Part shown: in pieces, positions 39,269-52,135 of the stretch
How the letters are laid out: the number at the start of each line of letters is the position of its first letter
How positions within the stretch are numbered: the first letter of the stretch is position 1
Assembly (NCBI GenBank): GCA_964016885.1
Contig: OZ024757.1
Coordinates: 39,060,001 to 39,124,000 of the forward strand
DNA: 64,000 nucleotides
Source: Eledone cirrhosa
Lineage: Eukaryota
Reading direction: 5' to 3'
Translations under genes and position numbers: made by a program
Notes under the pieces: generated by a model
What the model saw: the letters and a program-made list of their open reading frames with translations, nothing else
The model's database searches: none
What the model was told of the DNA's origin: nothing

Positions 39269-40539
39269 GAACATTGGTAATAGCACCTCCATTGAGAAAC
39301 GTTTATTTGTGAGTGCCTGTTAAAAACTCACGAAAATATACCGACAGGAAACTTGCTTTATTTGGAGAAAATTAAGAAGTTGAAAGTACAGTTTAGCTGT
39401 CTACGTGCCTTGTTCATAGAAATATTGTTGAGCCCCTTCTTTTCATACTCCTCGTCGCTGAACACTTGTTTATTTTGTGTATACATATGAACGATAAGAC
39501 GTCGAATGGTTTAGGGTATTCGGCCCATCGCATTGCGCGCTCTGAGTTCAAATCTCGCCGAGGTCAACTTTGCTTTTCATCCTTTCAAGGTCGATAAAAA
39601 AAAGTACCAGTCTAGTACTGAAGTCGATTCTTCCTCTATAGAGAGAAACATCGGCTGTGTTCATACCTGGAGAAGGTTCGGCTCCGCCAGGTTCATAAGC
39701 ACCCTAGACACGCCGTATGACAGTGCCTCTACGTCTCCACAAGGAGTTATGGGATCTTTAACCTTTTATTCTATCTCTTCCCCGGTCATATCACGCTGAA
39801 AACTATTTTTTCGATCATAAAACCTCTTGGTTCACGAACTGTGTCTGAAGTAGGGAACACACAAGTCGGCCACATCGGTTTGCAAATAGCTTCATACATT
39901 GTCAGCAATCCCCACTTGCTGTGTAGTTAGTTACTATGGTGATATCATTCATTCACATACCCACGTATAAACACTGCCACACACACTAACACACAAACAC
40001 AAAAACAGTCGCACACCAGCAGCAGCTGTCACAGAATAATGCCAACATTCACCGCAAGATGGCAGCTTTATCGCAAGTTAAAATGCAAAAGTAATCATAC
40101 AATTTTAAGGTTTCCTACTCATTTCAATGCTTATCATTTCCAAACATTGTATATACTGTCTGTTGGAGTGGTGTGATGTGGTGTGTTGGTGTGGTGTGAT
40201 GTGGTGTGGAGTAGAGTGATGTGGTGTGGTGTGTTGGTGTGGTGTGATGTGGTGTGGAGTGTTGGTGTGGTGTGATGTGGTGTGGAGTAGTGGTGTGGTG
40301 TGTTGGTGTGGTGAGATGTTGGTGTGATGTAGTGTGGTGTGGTTTGGTGTGGTGGGGTGTAGTGTGGTGGTGTTGTGTTGGAGCGGCATGGTCTGGTGTT
40401 GCAGTGATGTGGAGAGGTGTTGGATTTATATATATATATATATATGTTAGAACATTAATGTATATATAATGTATATATGTATATATATATATATATATAT
40501 ATAATGTAGGAGGTGAGTTTTATTGTAGCACAATAAAGG

Positions 40540-40700
40540 AATGTTGATTTAACACTTCACTGCTCGCAAGTGTTTTTTAAGCTTCTTTTCTTGTCTCCCT
40601 ATTTTATCTGATGAGAACGCAAATATCATCCATGATGATATCTTTTTTTGAAATGCGCATAATAAAGTACATGGAACTCTTTTAACCATCTTTTGATCTT
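40540..40700 (+). mobile_element. Family G element with hammerhead at 40603-40666
   Basis: Colinear with 2520-2686; intact CTGATGA...GAAA-tgcgca-TA; 3' end abuts (TA)n. Confidence 0.72.
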
Positions 40701-40958
40701 ATATATATATATATATATATATATATTGACCATGAGGGTGTGAGCTCGATGCGCGGACCGAGTGATGCGTTATGTCCTTCAGTAAGAAACTATATTTCAT
40801 GTTGCTCCTTCTGCCTGGACTTCAGACCGGTATATAAGTATCAGCAATTTGACAGACCAATAGAAACATTGTTTCCTCGGTCCGATTTGGATCTTGTTGT
40901 TCGACTGTCATGTATAATGACATCAATATGTGTGTGTATATATATATATATATATTAT

Positions 40959-41324
40959 AATGGAGGCGGCTAAAATCAGTTAGACCATTATTCATCAGAG
41001 TACTCGATACTTGGGGTAGTAGAGTGGGTAATATGACAAATTTGGGACCCCGACGGCTGAGCTCCTGCCGTCTCAACAGTTAGATCCGAACAGTTATTTG
41101 GAAAGCTAACTTTTGAAACTACAGAGCTCGGTGGTCGGGGTCATGAATTGTTCATATATATTTAATATAGAAATGGCTTCTACAGGACAAGGACTGTTTC
41201 ATTCGGAAGAAATCATCACGAAAGCGTCTAGTCCTGTAGAAGCCATTTCTATATTAAATATTTATACTCTGCTATGTATTGAGTACCTTACTTACTGTGG
41301 TTACTCCCGATTGAAACCGGGATA

Positions 41325-41327
<3 letters not shown>
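40959..41327. mobile_element. Adjacent family B variant (-, 40959-41155) and family A (+, 41158-41327) elements
   Basis: Both recognisable by tails and inverted arms; separated only by a few TA units. Confidence 0.72.
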
Positions 41328-41407
<80 letters not shown>

Positions 41408-42239
41408 TTGTTAGGGCATCATTCAGCAATGGATAGAATACTTTTGAAAGAAACATAAAGGAACCCCTAACGTTCTACGGTCTTTGACAGTTTCACTATT
41501 ATTATTCTCAACAGCATTTTCCGAGAACACAATTCGCCTCTGAATAGAGGAATGTTGCGGTCTATGGTATTAAAAATCAATTTATTACTGGTACTCATTT
41601 TATCGCTGCTTGGAAAGCGAGAGATTAAAGTGTAGCTAGGCGTTTGAACTCGATAGAGCGTAGTTAACTATTACAATGGCGTCTCTTCTCCTTCTATGGC
41701 GATCTGCTGTGTCGGTTTTCAATTTCCTCTGAACATTTTAAAACGTAAACAGAAGAAAAGGAAAATATTCGATAGAAAAATATAATAGAATTGAGTTAGA
41801 TAGCTCATTACCAGGTGAAGTAGAAATAGTGCACTATGTTCCACTGAGAGAATAGCTTCAGGCTAAACAAAAGTTGGGTAATATCGTTAGCAATACCGAA
41901 TTTGTTCTAACATTACGAAACTCTATATTTATGAGACAATTAAAGCACGTTTGCTTTGTGTATCACGGATTGAGACGCATGAAATTTTAATGACGATATT
42001 ATTGACCGATTTAATTATTAAAGCCAACTAAATCTAAGATGGGGGGAAATTTCTGTAGAATGTGCGTTCCACACTATTAATCCGCCTGTTTTAGTGAATA
42101 TCCAGAGAATGTCGAAAGAGCAGAAATTTATTTTATAAATTTCAAGTCGACTGAGTAGAAAATGATGTATTCGGGGAAATATTAAGAGAAATGGTTTTCT
42201 CTCATCTTTGTTTGAAAAGGAAGGAAACTAAAGGAACAA

Positions 42240-42295
<56 letters not shown>

Positions 42296-42436
42296 ATTTA
42301 TCGATTTTGCTTATTCTTTATCTTTCTACTTGAATTGAATTAACAAATGCAATCTGTTTTCTCCCTATATATATATTTTCTTCTTCCTAATAATCGTCTC
42401 TTTCTCCCTGTTTTTATATATATATATATATACATA

Positions 42437-42565
42437 TAGGAACAAGTATGACCCCCGACGACAGAGCTCAAGCCGTTTCGACGGCTATTTCCCACTCTAC
42501 TACCCTAAGTATTGAGTACTCTGTGCGTTATGGTCCATCTGGTCCCTTACCTCAAGTCCTTTGTT
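42437..42565 (+). mobile_element. Family B element (inverted arm joined directly to tail)
   Basis: gacccccgacgacagagctcaagccgtttcgacggctattt|cccactctactaccctaagtattgagtac... Confidence 0.75.
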
Positions 42566-42589
42566 ATATATATCCTCTCTACACTTTAA

Positions 42590-42804
42590 ATAATGATTTC
42601 TAGTATAGGCACAATGCCAGTAGTTTGGGTGGGAGGGGAAAGTCGATTAAATCGACCCCAATACGTTACTGGTGCTTTATTTATCGACCCGGTAAGGATG
42701 AAAGACAAAGTTAACCTCGGCAGGATTTGAACTCAGACCGAAAAGGACCCTACCTCTATGCTGCAAAGCATGGTGTCCGACTCTCTACCGATACTGCCAA
42801 TCCA
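42590..42804 (-). mobile_element. Dominant SINE, long form
   Basis: SINE consensus match. Confidence 0.85.
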
Positions 42805-42869
42805 CTTTAAATAATAAAACCAGTTTTAGTAAAGATAAACTCCCCCTATATATAAATATATATTGCAAA

Positions 42870-42910
<41 letters not shown>

Positions 42911-43074
42911 TTCTTGCTCACACAATGAATTGGAGCAACATGAAGTTGTGTGTCTTGTTCTAGGACACAACACAGCCTCTGGAATCGAACTAATGGTGTT
43001 ATATTCGTGAGTCAACAGATATCACACAACCCGTATTGTATCAGTATACAGTTAGTTATTCCTTCATTGGAAGT

Positions 43075-43400
43075 AGCATGGCTGAATGGATAAGAAGTTC
43101 GCTGTGCAATCATACGGCCCAGGGTTCGTTCCCTCTACAAGACATATTGAGGTGGGTTTCAGTTAATATATCCTTATATCGACCTATACAGTTCTGAGTA
43201 AAATTAATGGACTGGACTATTAATTCAAGCGGAAATCTTGTCATATAGTGTCACGCCGAATCTCCCTGAGAATTAATATAAGCGTACACGTGTCTGTGAA
43301 ATGCTCCAGTCTATTTATGAACTAATTTTGAGTAGATTGTTCTGTTGACCGAGAAAAAATAATGAAAGATTCAACGTCGAAACCGACGGAAGTCCATCCT
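43075..43400 (+). mobile_element. Old tRNA-derived SINE, third family (second copy ~45235-45490)
   Basis: tggctgaatggataagaag head; gaatctccctgagaa and cgtc...aaccgacgga shared with the 45235 copy. Confidence 0.55.
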
Positions 43401-43449
43401 AGTTGCTATCTCATTGTTTCCCATTCATTCCATGTTGTTGTACATTGTT

Positions 43450-43612
43450 TGAGGGTCGGACATGCTTTCCAGCGTAGTTACGTCCCTTTACGGTCTGAGT
43501 TCAAATCCCACCGAGGTTAACTTTGCCTTTCATCCTTTCGTGGTCAATAAAATAAAGTACCAGTAATGTACTGGGGTAATTGTTGGCCTTGTGCCTAACG
43601 TAGAAACAATTA
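43450..43612 (+). mobile_element. Dominant SINE
   Basis: SINE consensus match. Confidence 0.8.
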
Positions 43613-44017
43613 TGTTTAAGAATGTATAACCAACCAATGTAACATTCTTTGTCTGTCATCATCATTGTCACTGACATATTCAACATCATCATCATCCTGT
43701 GTATGTAAATATATGGTATATATTTGTGTGTAACTATATGAATATATATGTATATATACATATATTATACACACACACACACACACATACCTATGTGTAT
43801 ATATGATTGTATAAATATATATATGCGTGTATATGTTTGTATAAATACATCTGTGTGTGTGTGTGTGTATATATATATATGTGTGTGTGTGTGTGGGTAT
43901 ATTTGTATATATATATATATATATATATATATGTGGGTATATTTGTATATATATATATATATATATATATGGGTATATTTGTACATATATATATATATGT
44001 GTGTGTGTGGGTATATT

Positions 44018-44081
<64 letters not shown>

Positions 44082-44354
44082 CGACGTATTTTGAACACAC
44101 CCATCCTCTTACCAACACAGTACAGTTTGAGAGTCTCATCTCAACACGCCACCTTGAATGAAATCACCAGAAGGAGCCACAACGAGGCCGCCTACTGTCA
44201 CAACATATGCCTCATGTGTTCCTCCTGACTGTTCTATGAGGCAACGCCTTCGCCATTTTGTCTGTTGGGAGCAGCTGAGACATGCCGCTATCTCTTAGAT
44301 TCGACATTTAGTTAGTTCTCTCTTTCTTTTTTATTGGGCAGGGGGGGGGGGCTA

Positions 44355-44905
44355 TTTTTCTTCATCTTCTTTCGCTTTTTTCGTTTTTTTTCGTTTTTTT
44401 TTCATCTCCTTCGTTTTCATTTTTTCTTTTCTTTTTCTCATTCATTTTCTTAGTTTTTCATCTACTTCGTTTACTTTATTTTTCTTTTTTGTCTTTTTAT
44501 TCTTTGTTTTCTTCTTTGTTTTCTTCTTCTTTGTTTTCTTCTTCGTTTACTTCGTTTTCTTCTTCTTCTTCTTCGTTATCTTCCATTTCTTCTTCTTCCT
44601 TATCTTCTTCTTCCTTATCTTCTTCTTCCTTATCTTCTTCTTACTTCCCTTCTTCGGTTTCTTCTTCTTCCTTTCCTTCTTCTTCGGTTTCTTCTTTTTC
44701 TCCTTCGTTTTCTTCGTTTCCCCTCTTTTTATTTTTTATTTTTCTTTATTTACATTTTTACATTCTTCTCATTGTTCTTCTTCCTCTCGTTGCTGTTTTT
44801 TTCTTCTTCTACTCTCTATTGTATGTTTTGCGTCTTCTTCTACTCTCTATTGTATGTTTTACGTCTTCTTCTACTCTCTATTGTATGTTTTACGTCTTCT
44901 TCTTC
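44355..44905. repeat. Polypyrimidine (TTC)n-rich tract ending in a ~33-bp tandem triplication
   Basis: Directly visible (ttcttctactctctattgtatgtttt x3). Confidence 0.85.
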
Positions 44906-45606
44906 CGCTAATATACAGTAGAATGTAGAAATACTTTCTCTCATGACAAGTCTGTCCGTCAGATAAACCAGTGTATATAAAGGTTACATTCTTCATCATA
45001 ATATAACTCTTGGACAAGTTCTTCTGAGGTCATCGTGTCTTGCGTGAATAGAATATATTGCTAGCTGCATATTTAATTCGTTTGCTGCAGGAAAATACTG
45101 GAGATGTCCAAAGAACCAGTGTGTTTAATATACAACTAATATTCCGGTGTTTATTAACATATTCACGTCGATTGAGCTTGTCTCTGGAATAACGCATTGA
45201 TCATGCTTGAGCTTACACTGACACGTGTTTGAGTGTGTGCATGGTTAAGATGTTCCTTTCATAAGCACTAAGTACTCGTTTTTGTTACTAGTCCGTGACA
45301 TCTTCTGCGAGTGTATTTACTGTACCCATAATTGAAGGGGCCAGACATATTGAATCTCCCTGAGAAATAAATTCATCTTAAACGTTTTGCTGCAAGTTTC
45401 AACAATTTGCAAGTAAATTTCATTTCACAAGCAGGGTGTTCTCATCGAATCAAGTTGAACACTCACAGTCGTAACCGACGGAGGTCCCACTAGACTCATT
45501 TATGTGTTTGGCAAAGAAACATAATTTAATCATAATTCGATATTTTCTTCAATATATATATTCCTTCCATATACTGCACCGTTTGTGTTATATCTGTTTA
45601 CCTTTT

Positions 45607-45651
<45 letters not shown>

Positions 45652-45655
<4 letters not shown>

Positions 45656-45842
45656 AGTAAGTAAGACCCCGACGGCTGAGCTCAAGCCGTTTCGACGGCT
45701 AATTCAGTACAGAATTAGCCGTCGAAACGGCTTGAGCTCAGCCGTCAGGGTCTTACTTACTCCTATTCCCCACTCTACTACCCTAAGTATTGAGTACTTT
45801 GGTGCGTTATGGTCCACCTGGTTCCTTACCACTTTTCCCTCG

Positions 45843-45843
<1 letters not shown>
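45652..45843 (+). mobile_element. Family B fold-back element (cleanest copy)
   Basis: Near-perfect palindrome 45652-45765; GAAA-cggc ttgagctca gccg-TC at 45724-45746; B tail; (TA)n flanks. Confidence 0.82.
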
Positions 45844-45878
<35 letters not shown>

Positions 45879-46154
45879 TCCAGTTATTTTTAATTCAATA
45901 CATTATTTATTTAATTATCTATTAATATACATAATCAATATTAATCTTTATTTAATTTTTTTTTTATTGTTTGCAATCCGGCTTCCAAAGATATTTCTTT
46001 CTCTCGCTCTTTGTTTCCTCCCAACAACATACATGCTTTATATCGTGAAATCTCTATATCTGGCTTACACTGTGAGATGAATGGGAAGTAGGGAAGAAAA
46101 GGAAGATACAAAAAGCTATATATATATATATTTTTGTATGTATATATGTATATC

Positions 46155-46188
<34 letters not shown>

Positions 46189-46333
46189 TATTATATGTAC
46201 ATACATGAATATATATATTTATATATGAGAGAGAGAGAGAGAGAGATGTACATGTATATATTTATATATATATATATATATAGATATATATTTATTTATC
46301 TGTCTATATATATGTGCGTTTCTGTGTGTGTGT

Positions 46334-46393
<60 letters not shown>

Positions 46394-46543
46394 GCATATA
46401 TTTATTTATCTATCCGTATATATATATATTTATCTATCCTTATATATATATATATATCCATATATATATATTTATTTATCCATATATATATATATTTATC
46501 TATCCATATATATATACATATATATATATATAAAAGATCTACT

Positions 46544-46574
<31 letters not shown>

Positions 46575-46632
46575 CTTATATATATATAAGATGTAATTAT
46601 ATATATATATATATATATATAAAAGATGTACT

Positions 46633-46663
<31 letters not shown>

Positions 46664-46672
46664 AAAGATATA

Positions 46673-46719
<47 letters not shown>

Positions 46720-46754
46720 AAAGATATACTTTTATATATATATATATATATATA

Positions 46755-47220
46755 AATAAAAACAATGAATAAAAACAAAGAACAAGTTCCTTATATTAAA
46801 ATGGTATGTATATCATATAGATCTATGTAAAAATATTATAAACTATCAGAGGAAATATACATACCTTCACATATATATGCTGTCTTCAGAAATAATTGTT
46901 TCTACTTTAGGCACAAGGCCAGCAATCACCCAGTGCATTACTGGTACTTTATTTTATCGACCCCGTAAGGATGAAAGGCAAAGTCATATACATACCAACA
47001 CACATATATATCCTAGAAACGATCGTAAAATGATGAATTCTTTAATATAAGGAACTTGTTCTTTGTTTTTATTCATTGTTTTTATTAATTTATCTTGACT
47101 GTGTTTTCCTGTGATTTTCATCGAAAAACTTTTGAATGCATCTTCTTTTCATGATATTTGCATTACATTGAGTTCTTCATACGGATTGGACACTACCGTA
47201 TATTTTGGTTGATTTATCTA
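46755..47220. mobile_element. Family J fold-back element with split hammerhead, interrupted by a dominant SINE fragment (46894-46985)
   Basis: Inverted arms 46755-46800 / 47041-47086. Minus strand attt-CTGAAGA at 46883-46893; plus strand GAAA-cgatcg-TA-aaat at 47016-47031. Tail contains attgagttct. Confidence 0.6.
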
Positions 47221-47629
47221 CATATATATATATATATATATATAAAAGATGTACTTATATATATATACACGTACATATTTTATGTCTTTTATCTTATGTC
47301 TTTTATCTTATTTCACTTATATTATAACGTCTTTCAGTTTATCCTAACATCTCTGAATCAAGTTGTTTGCGAAGAAAACAGTTATTTATAGTGTTGTAAC
47401 AAGAATATCTTATTGTTGTCACGAATATTGTTGGATGAAGTTGCAAGTAAGATATGGTAATGTGTTAATTCCCCAAACACGTGATTTCCTATTCACTAGA
47501 TCGTATAATTGATCGCTCTATACGCAGTGAATTCTGCATAACCACTGGGGATTGTTTACTAGCATTCTCAGAAAAATACGAAAATATGGCTCCGTGAATA
47601 TATATATAGTCTATATTGATATGTTTATA

Positions 47630-47640
47630 AATATCTATAT

Positions 47641-47682
<42 letters not shown>

Positions 47683-47892
47683 GAATACACACATTTCTAT
47701 ATGTATATATATATATGTATGTATATATATATGTATATGTGTATATGTATATATGTATATATATATGTATATAAATATATATATGTATATATGTATATAT
47801 ATATGTATATAAATATATATATATGTATATAAATATATATATATGTATATAAATATATATATATGTATATAAATATATATATATGTATATAA

Positions 47893-47925
<33 letters not shown>

Positions 47926-48192
47926 TGTATATATATAAATGTGTATATGCATATATTTATATATATATATATACATGCATATATATAAATGCGTATATGC
48001 ATATATTTATATGTATATATATATATTTATATATATATATATATTTATATATATATTTATATATATATGTATATTTATATATATAAATGTATATATATAT
48101 ATTTATGTGTATATATACATATATATATATATATATTTGTGTATATATATATATATATATATTTGTGTATATATATATTTGTGTATATATAC

Positions 48193-48262
<70 letters not shown>

Positions 48263-48291
48263 TTGTGTATATATATATATATATATATATT

Positions 48292-48336
<45 letters not shown>

Positions 48337-48569
48337 GTATATATATATATATATATATATATTTGTGTATATATATATATATATATATATTTGTGTATGT
48401 ATATATATATATATATTTGTGTATATATATATATTTGTGTATATATATATATATATTTGTGTATATATATATATATATTTGTGTATATATATATATATAT
48501 TTGTGTATATATATATATATATTTGTGTATATATATATATATATTTGTGTATATATACATATATATATG

Positions 48570-48626
<57 letters not shown>

Positions 48627-48933
48627 GTATATATATATGTATATGTATGTATATATATGTATATGCATGTATATATATATGTATATGTATGTATATATAT
48701 GTATATGCATGTATATATATATGTATATGCATGTATATATATATGTATATGCATGTATACATATATGTATATGCATGTATATATGTATATATATGCATAT
48801 ATATATATGTATATATATGTATATATAAATGTGTATATATATATGTATATATATATGTATGTATATATCTATATGTATATATGTATATATATATATATGT
48901 ATATATGTGTGTATATATGTATATATATATATA
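47630..48933. repeat. ~1.3-kb (TA)n-based compound satellite with tttgtg and ataaat interruptions
   Basis: Directly visible. Confidence 0.95.
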
Positions 48934-49274
48934 CAAAATCGCCAATTACTATCATTACGAATAGCATTATTATTATTATTAGTAGTAGTAGTAGTAGTAT
49001 CAGTAGTAGTAGACATTGTTATTATTCTAGTTGGGCATCGCTCTTCCATCTTTCAGTGGCACCCACGTATCTTATTGTTACACGTCACGCTACAACCGTT
49101 CAACATTCCTCCTCCATTGACTGATGTGATAAGGCAGGTGGATGTTATCCAAACCTATTGTCTTCAGTTGCATACTCCTCTTCTACTGTTCACACATAGA
49201 ACTGTAGAACTGAATACTATTGTATACAGGAATTACAGACAAACATACGTACGTACTAGTATATGTGTCTGATG

Positions 49275-49341
<67 letters not shown>

Positions 49342-49379
49342 GTGTGTCATATTAGCATATACTCCGAAATACAGAAATT

Positions 49380-49439
<60 letters not shown>

Positions 49440-49609
49440 GAATATAATATAGATATATGTAGTCATGTGTTATACACAGAAATACATCTACAAATGGATG
49501 AATTACAGACACACAGAAACACACACACACAGAGAGAAACACACACACACACACACACATACACGCACACACGCACATGAGAGAGTGAGACAGAGACAGA
49601 TAAACAGAT

Positions 49610-49788
49610 AACTGTTTTTACTTTTGGCACAAGGCCAGCAAATACCCAGTACATTACTGGTACTTTATTTTATCGACCTCGTAAGGATGAGAGGCAAAGT
49701 TAACCTCGGCGGGATTTGAACTCAGAATGGCAAGGGACGTAACTCTATGGCGTCCGACCCAATCTACCGATACTGCCAATCCACCGCC
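49610..49788 (-). mobile_element. Dominant SINE
   Basis: SINE consensus match. Confidence 0.85.
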
Positions 49789-49921
49789 CTTTGTAAATAA
49801 TGCGCACTCCCACATACAGACACGGACAGACTACCTCATACATATACACAGTGAATTTCCTATCAGTGTTGTTACTACAGTAAGAAGTTCGATTTCCAAT
49901 CCCAATATTCTGGGTTCTAAT

Positions 49922-50233
49922 CAGGATTGGATTCAGACCTGATTCAGGCCCCGAGGAACTTCATATTTGAGAGAGCCCCTTATAAAAATAAACATAATAC
50001 ACCCCAATCCCCCCAATTTTATATATGGATGTTGTCTTGGCGCCAGTAATTGGAATTGAAAACGTTATACAAACAGGTATTAATTTAAATAATTCTAACC
50101 ATCCTAAATTTAAAAAAGCCCAGCTGAGGGCACAAATAAATTGCTGCGGTCGTCACTGGTGGGACCACCTTACACATACTGCAGAAGGCCCAGGGAAAAT
50201 TGCCGACTTTGCTCCGCATTAAATCCAGCCCTG
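49922..50233. mobile_element. hAT-like MITE
   Basis: 8-bp TSD gttctaat (49914-49921 and 50234-50241); imperfect 14-bp TIRs caggattggattca / cagggctggattta. Confidence 0.75.
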
Positions 50234-50565
50234 GTTCTAATCCTACAATCGTCCCTGTAACGAGATATTCGATGCATGCATGTCATTTAAACATATACGA
50301 CCATTCATGAAATTAGATCATAGAAATATAATATTAAAATTAGAATTTTTTATTTTGATATTAATCCTTTCCATGTCTCAGTATCCAACATAAGCTTCAG
50401 GATTTCTCTTACGCAAATCATTAATTTAATCAGAAAGCAAATTTTGCAGTTTGTCTGATTGTTCATATATCCAGTAATCCTGGTATATATGTCATATAAT
50501 TCCTGGAGTCCAAAAATTAGATTCCTATTACAATATTGCCGTCATTTACAGACGTCACGGAGCCA

Positions 50566-50605
<40 letters not shown>

Positions 50606-50611
50606 GGTAAG

Positions 50612-50644
<33 letters not shown>

Positions 50645-50915
50645 TTGTGTAAACCTATATCTCTCTATTAATCTATTTTATGTTGGGGCTTTTGTAATTC
50701 ATGCTTATCAAATGCAGAAAAAGTTTTTAAAATATCTAAAATTCCTTTTTCTATTGATTTGTACAGCTACTCCCGACATGGGGAATATTTTTAACAAACA
50801 ATTAGATTTATACACACCCATATATATGTGTGTGTGTGTGTGTGTGTGTTTGTGTGAATACATGTTTATTTAAATTTGTATGTATACATATATATATATA
50901 CGTGTGTGTATGCAT

Positions 50916-50960
<45 letters not shown>

Positions 50961-50976
50961 ATATGAGAGAGTAATG

Positions 50977-51014
<38 letters not shown>

Positions 51015-51629
51015 TAATATATATATATATATATGAGAGAAATAAATGTATATATGTATATGCCTCCATATACGGTTTTGTAGGAATATCTATTTAATAA
51101 TATTGGCGTATAAAACCGAATGAGTTTCGTTATACGATGGAAAATCGGACAAGTTTTAAATTACACATCACTTTTTTAATTTCTTTTTACATTTTCGTTT
51201 TCGATTCATTATTTTCTTATAACTTTTTTTCTGTTTGTAATTGAAATGGTATTCACATTACAATATCTAGGCAATTTTCAGCTTCGTTATCATCTTCATG
51301 GCAATGAAAACAAAACGGTTTTACCAATATATGTGAGCTTTTGAAATCCAATTGTTTCAATCCCGTTGCTTGCATTGGTATCTATACGTGTATATGTTGT
51401 GATTCAGATCAACAGAAAAATAAATGAGAAATTATCTTTTAGGCAACCAGTTTTATTTTCACTCCATATTTATTTAATATATTTTTTTACAAGCTTAATA
51501 AAATTGAATTTTATGATTTACCACAGGCGTATAAAGCTTTCAATACTCCTATTTTGCAATTAATCTATTTTCTATTATGATATATATATATATGTGTGTG
51601 TGTGTGTATACAGAGAGAGAGAGAGAGAG

Positions 51630-51756
51630 GGTGTATAGAGTATGTGGTGCTGTGTCCGGGGAGACCACTAATCATGGAAGTAACCAATCCATGGGGAGGC
51701 GCAGAATGGGTGTAGAGACATAGAAAATCTCAACCTTGGCACTGCGGTCGGGATTC
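51630..51756 (-). mobile_element. Family F element in a (GA)/(CT) repeat
   Basis: Inverted homologue of 19315-19430. Confidence 0.6.
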
Positions 51757-51772
51757 TCTCTCTCTCTCTCTT

Positions 51773-51817
<45 letters not shown>

Positions 51818-51818
51818 A

Positions 51819-51931
51819 TTAAAATAACAGATTAAATACATATTTCCTCTATGGTTCTTATATATTTGATATATATTTATCCCTATCGAGCCCTCTTTTG
51901 ATTTTAGTCTTCACATTTATTATTATTACTA
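51819..51931 (+). mobile_element. Family C element terminus
   Basis: ttaaaataacagatt...gattttagtcttc...ttattattattacta(ta)n; homologous to 2372-2485. Confidence 0.65.
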
Positions 51932-52020
51932 TATATATATAGGTAATGTTTACATTGGTAAAGCACAGGGATCTTTATTTTATATAGAAATAGCTTCTAC
52001 AGGACTAGAACTGCTTCATT

Positions 52021-52066
<46 letters not shown>

Positions 52067-52092
52067 TAGTTCCACAACAATTAGTTCACCAT

Positions 52093-52135
52093 ACCGAGAA
52101 CAAATGTTTCACCTTATGCGGATCTTCAGCTCGGT
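52093..52135 (-). ncRNA. Minimal type I hammerhead ribozyme (family K)
   Basis: Minus strand: accgag-CTGAAGA-t cc gcataa gg t-GAAA-ca tt tg-TT-ctcggt. Perfect 6-bp stem I; ~30 bp from a (TA)n array. Confidence 0.72.

Noticed and set aside
44489-44911. Ser-rich ORF (and the Val/Met-rich ORF at 7686-7943)
   Set aside because: Trinucleotide low-complexity translations.
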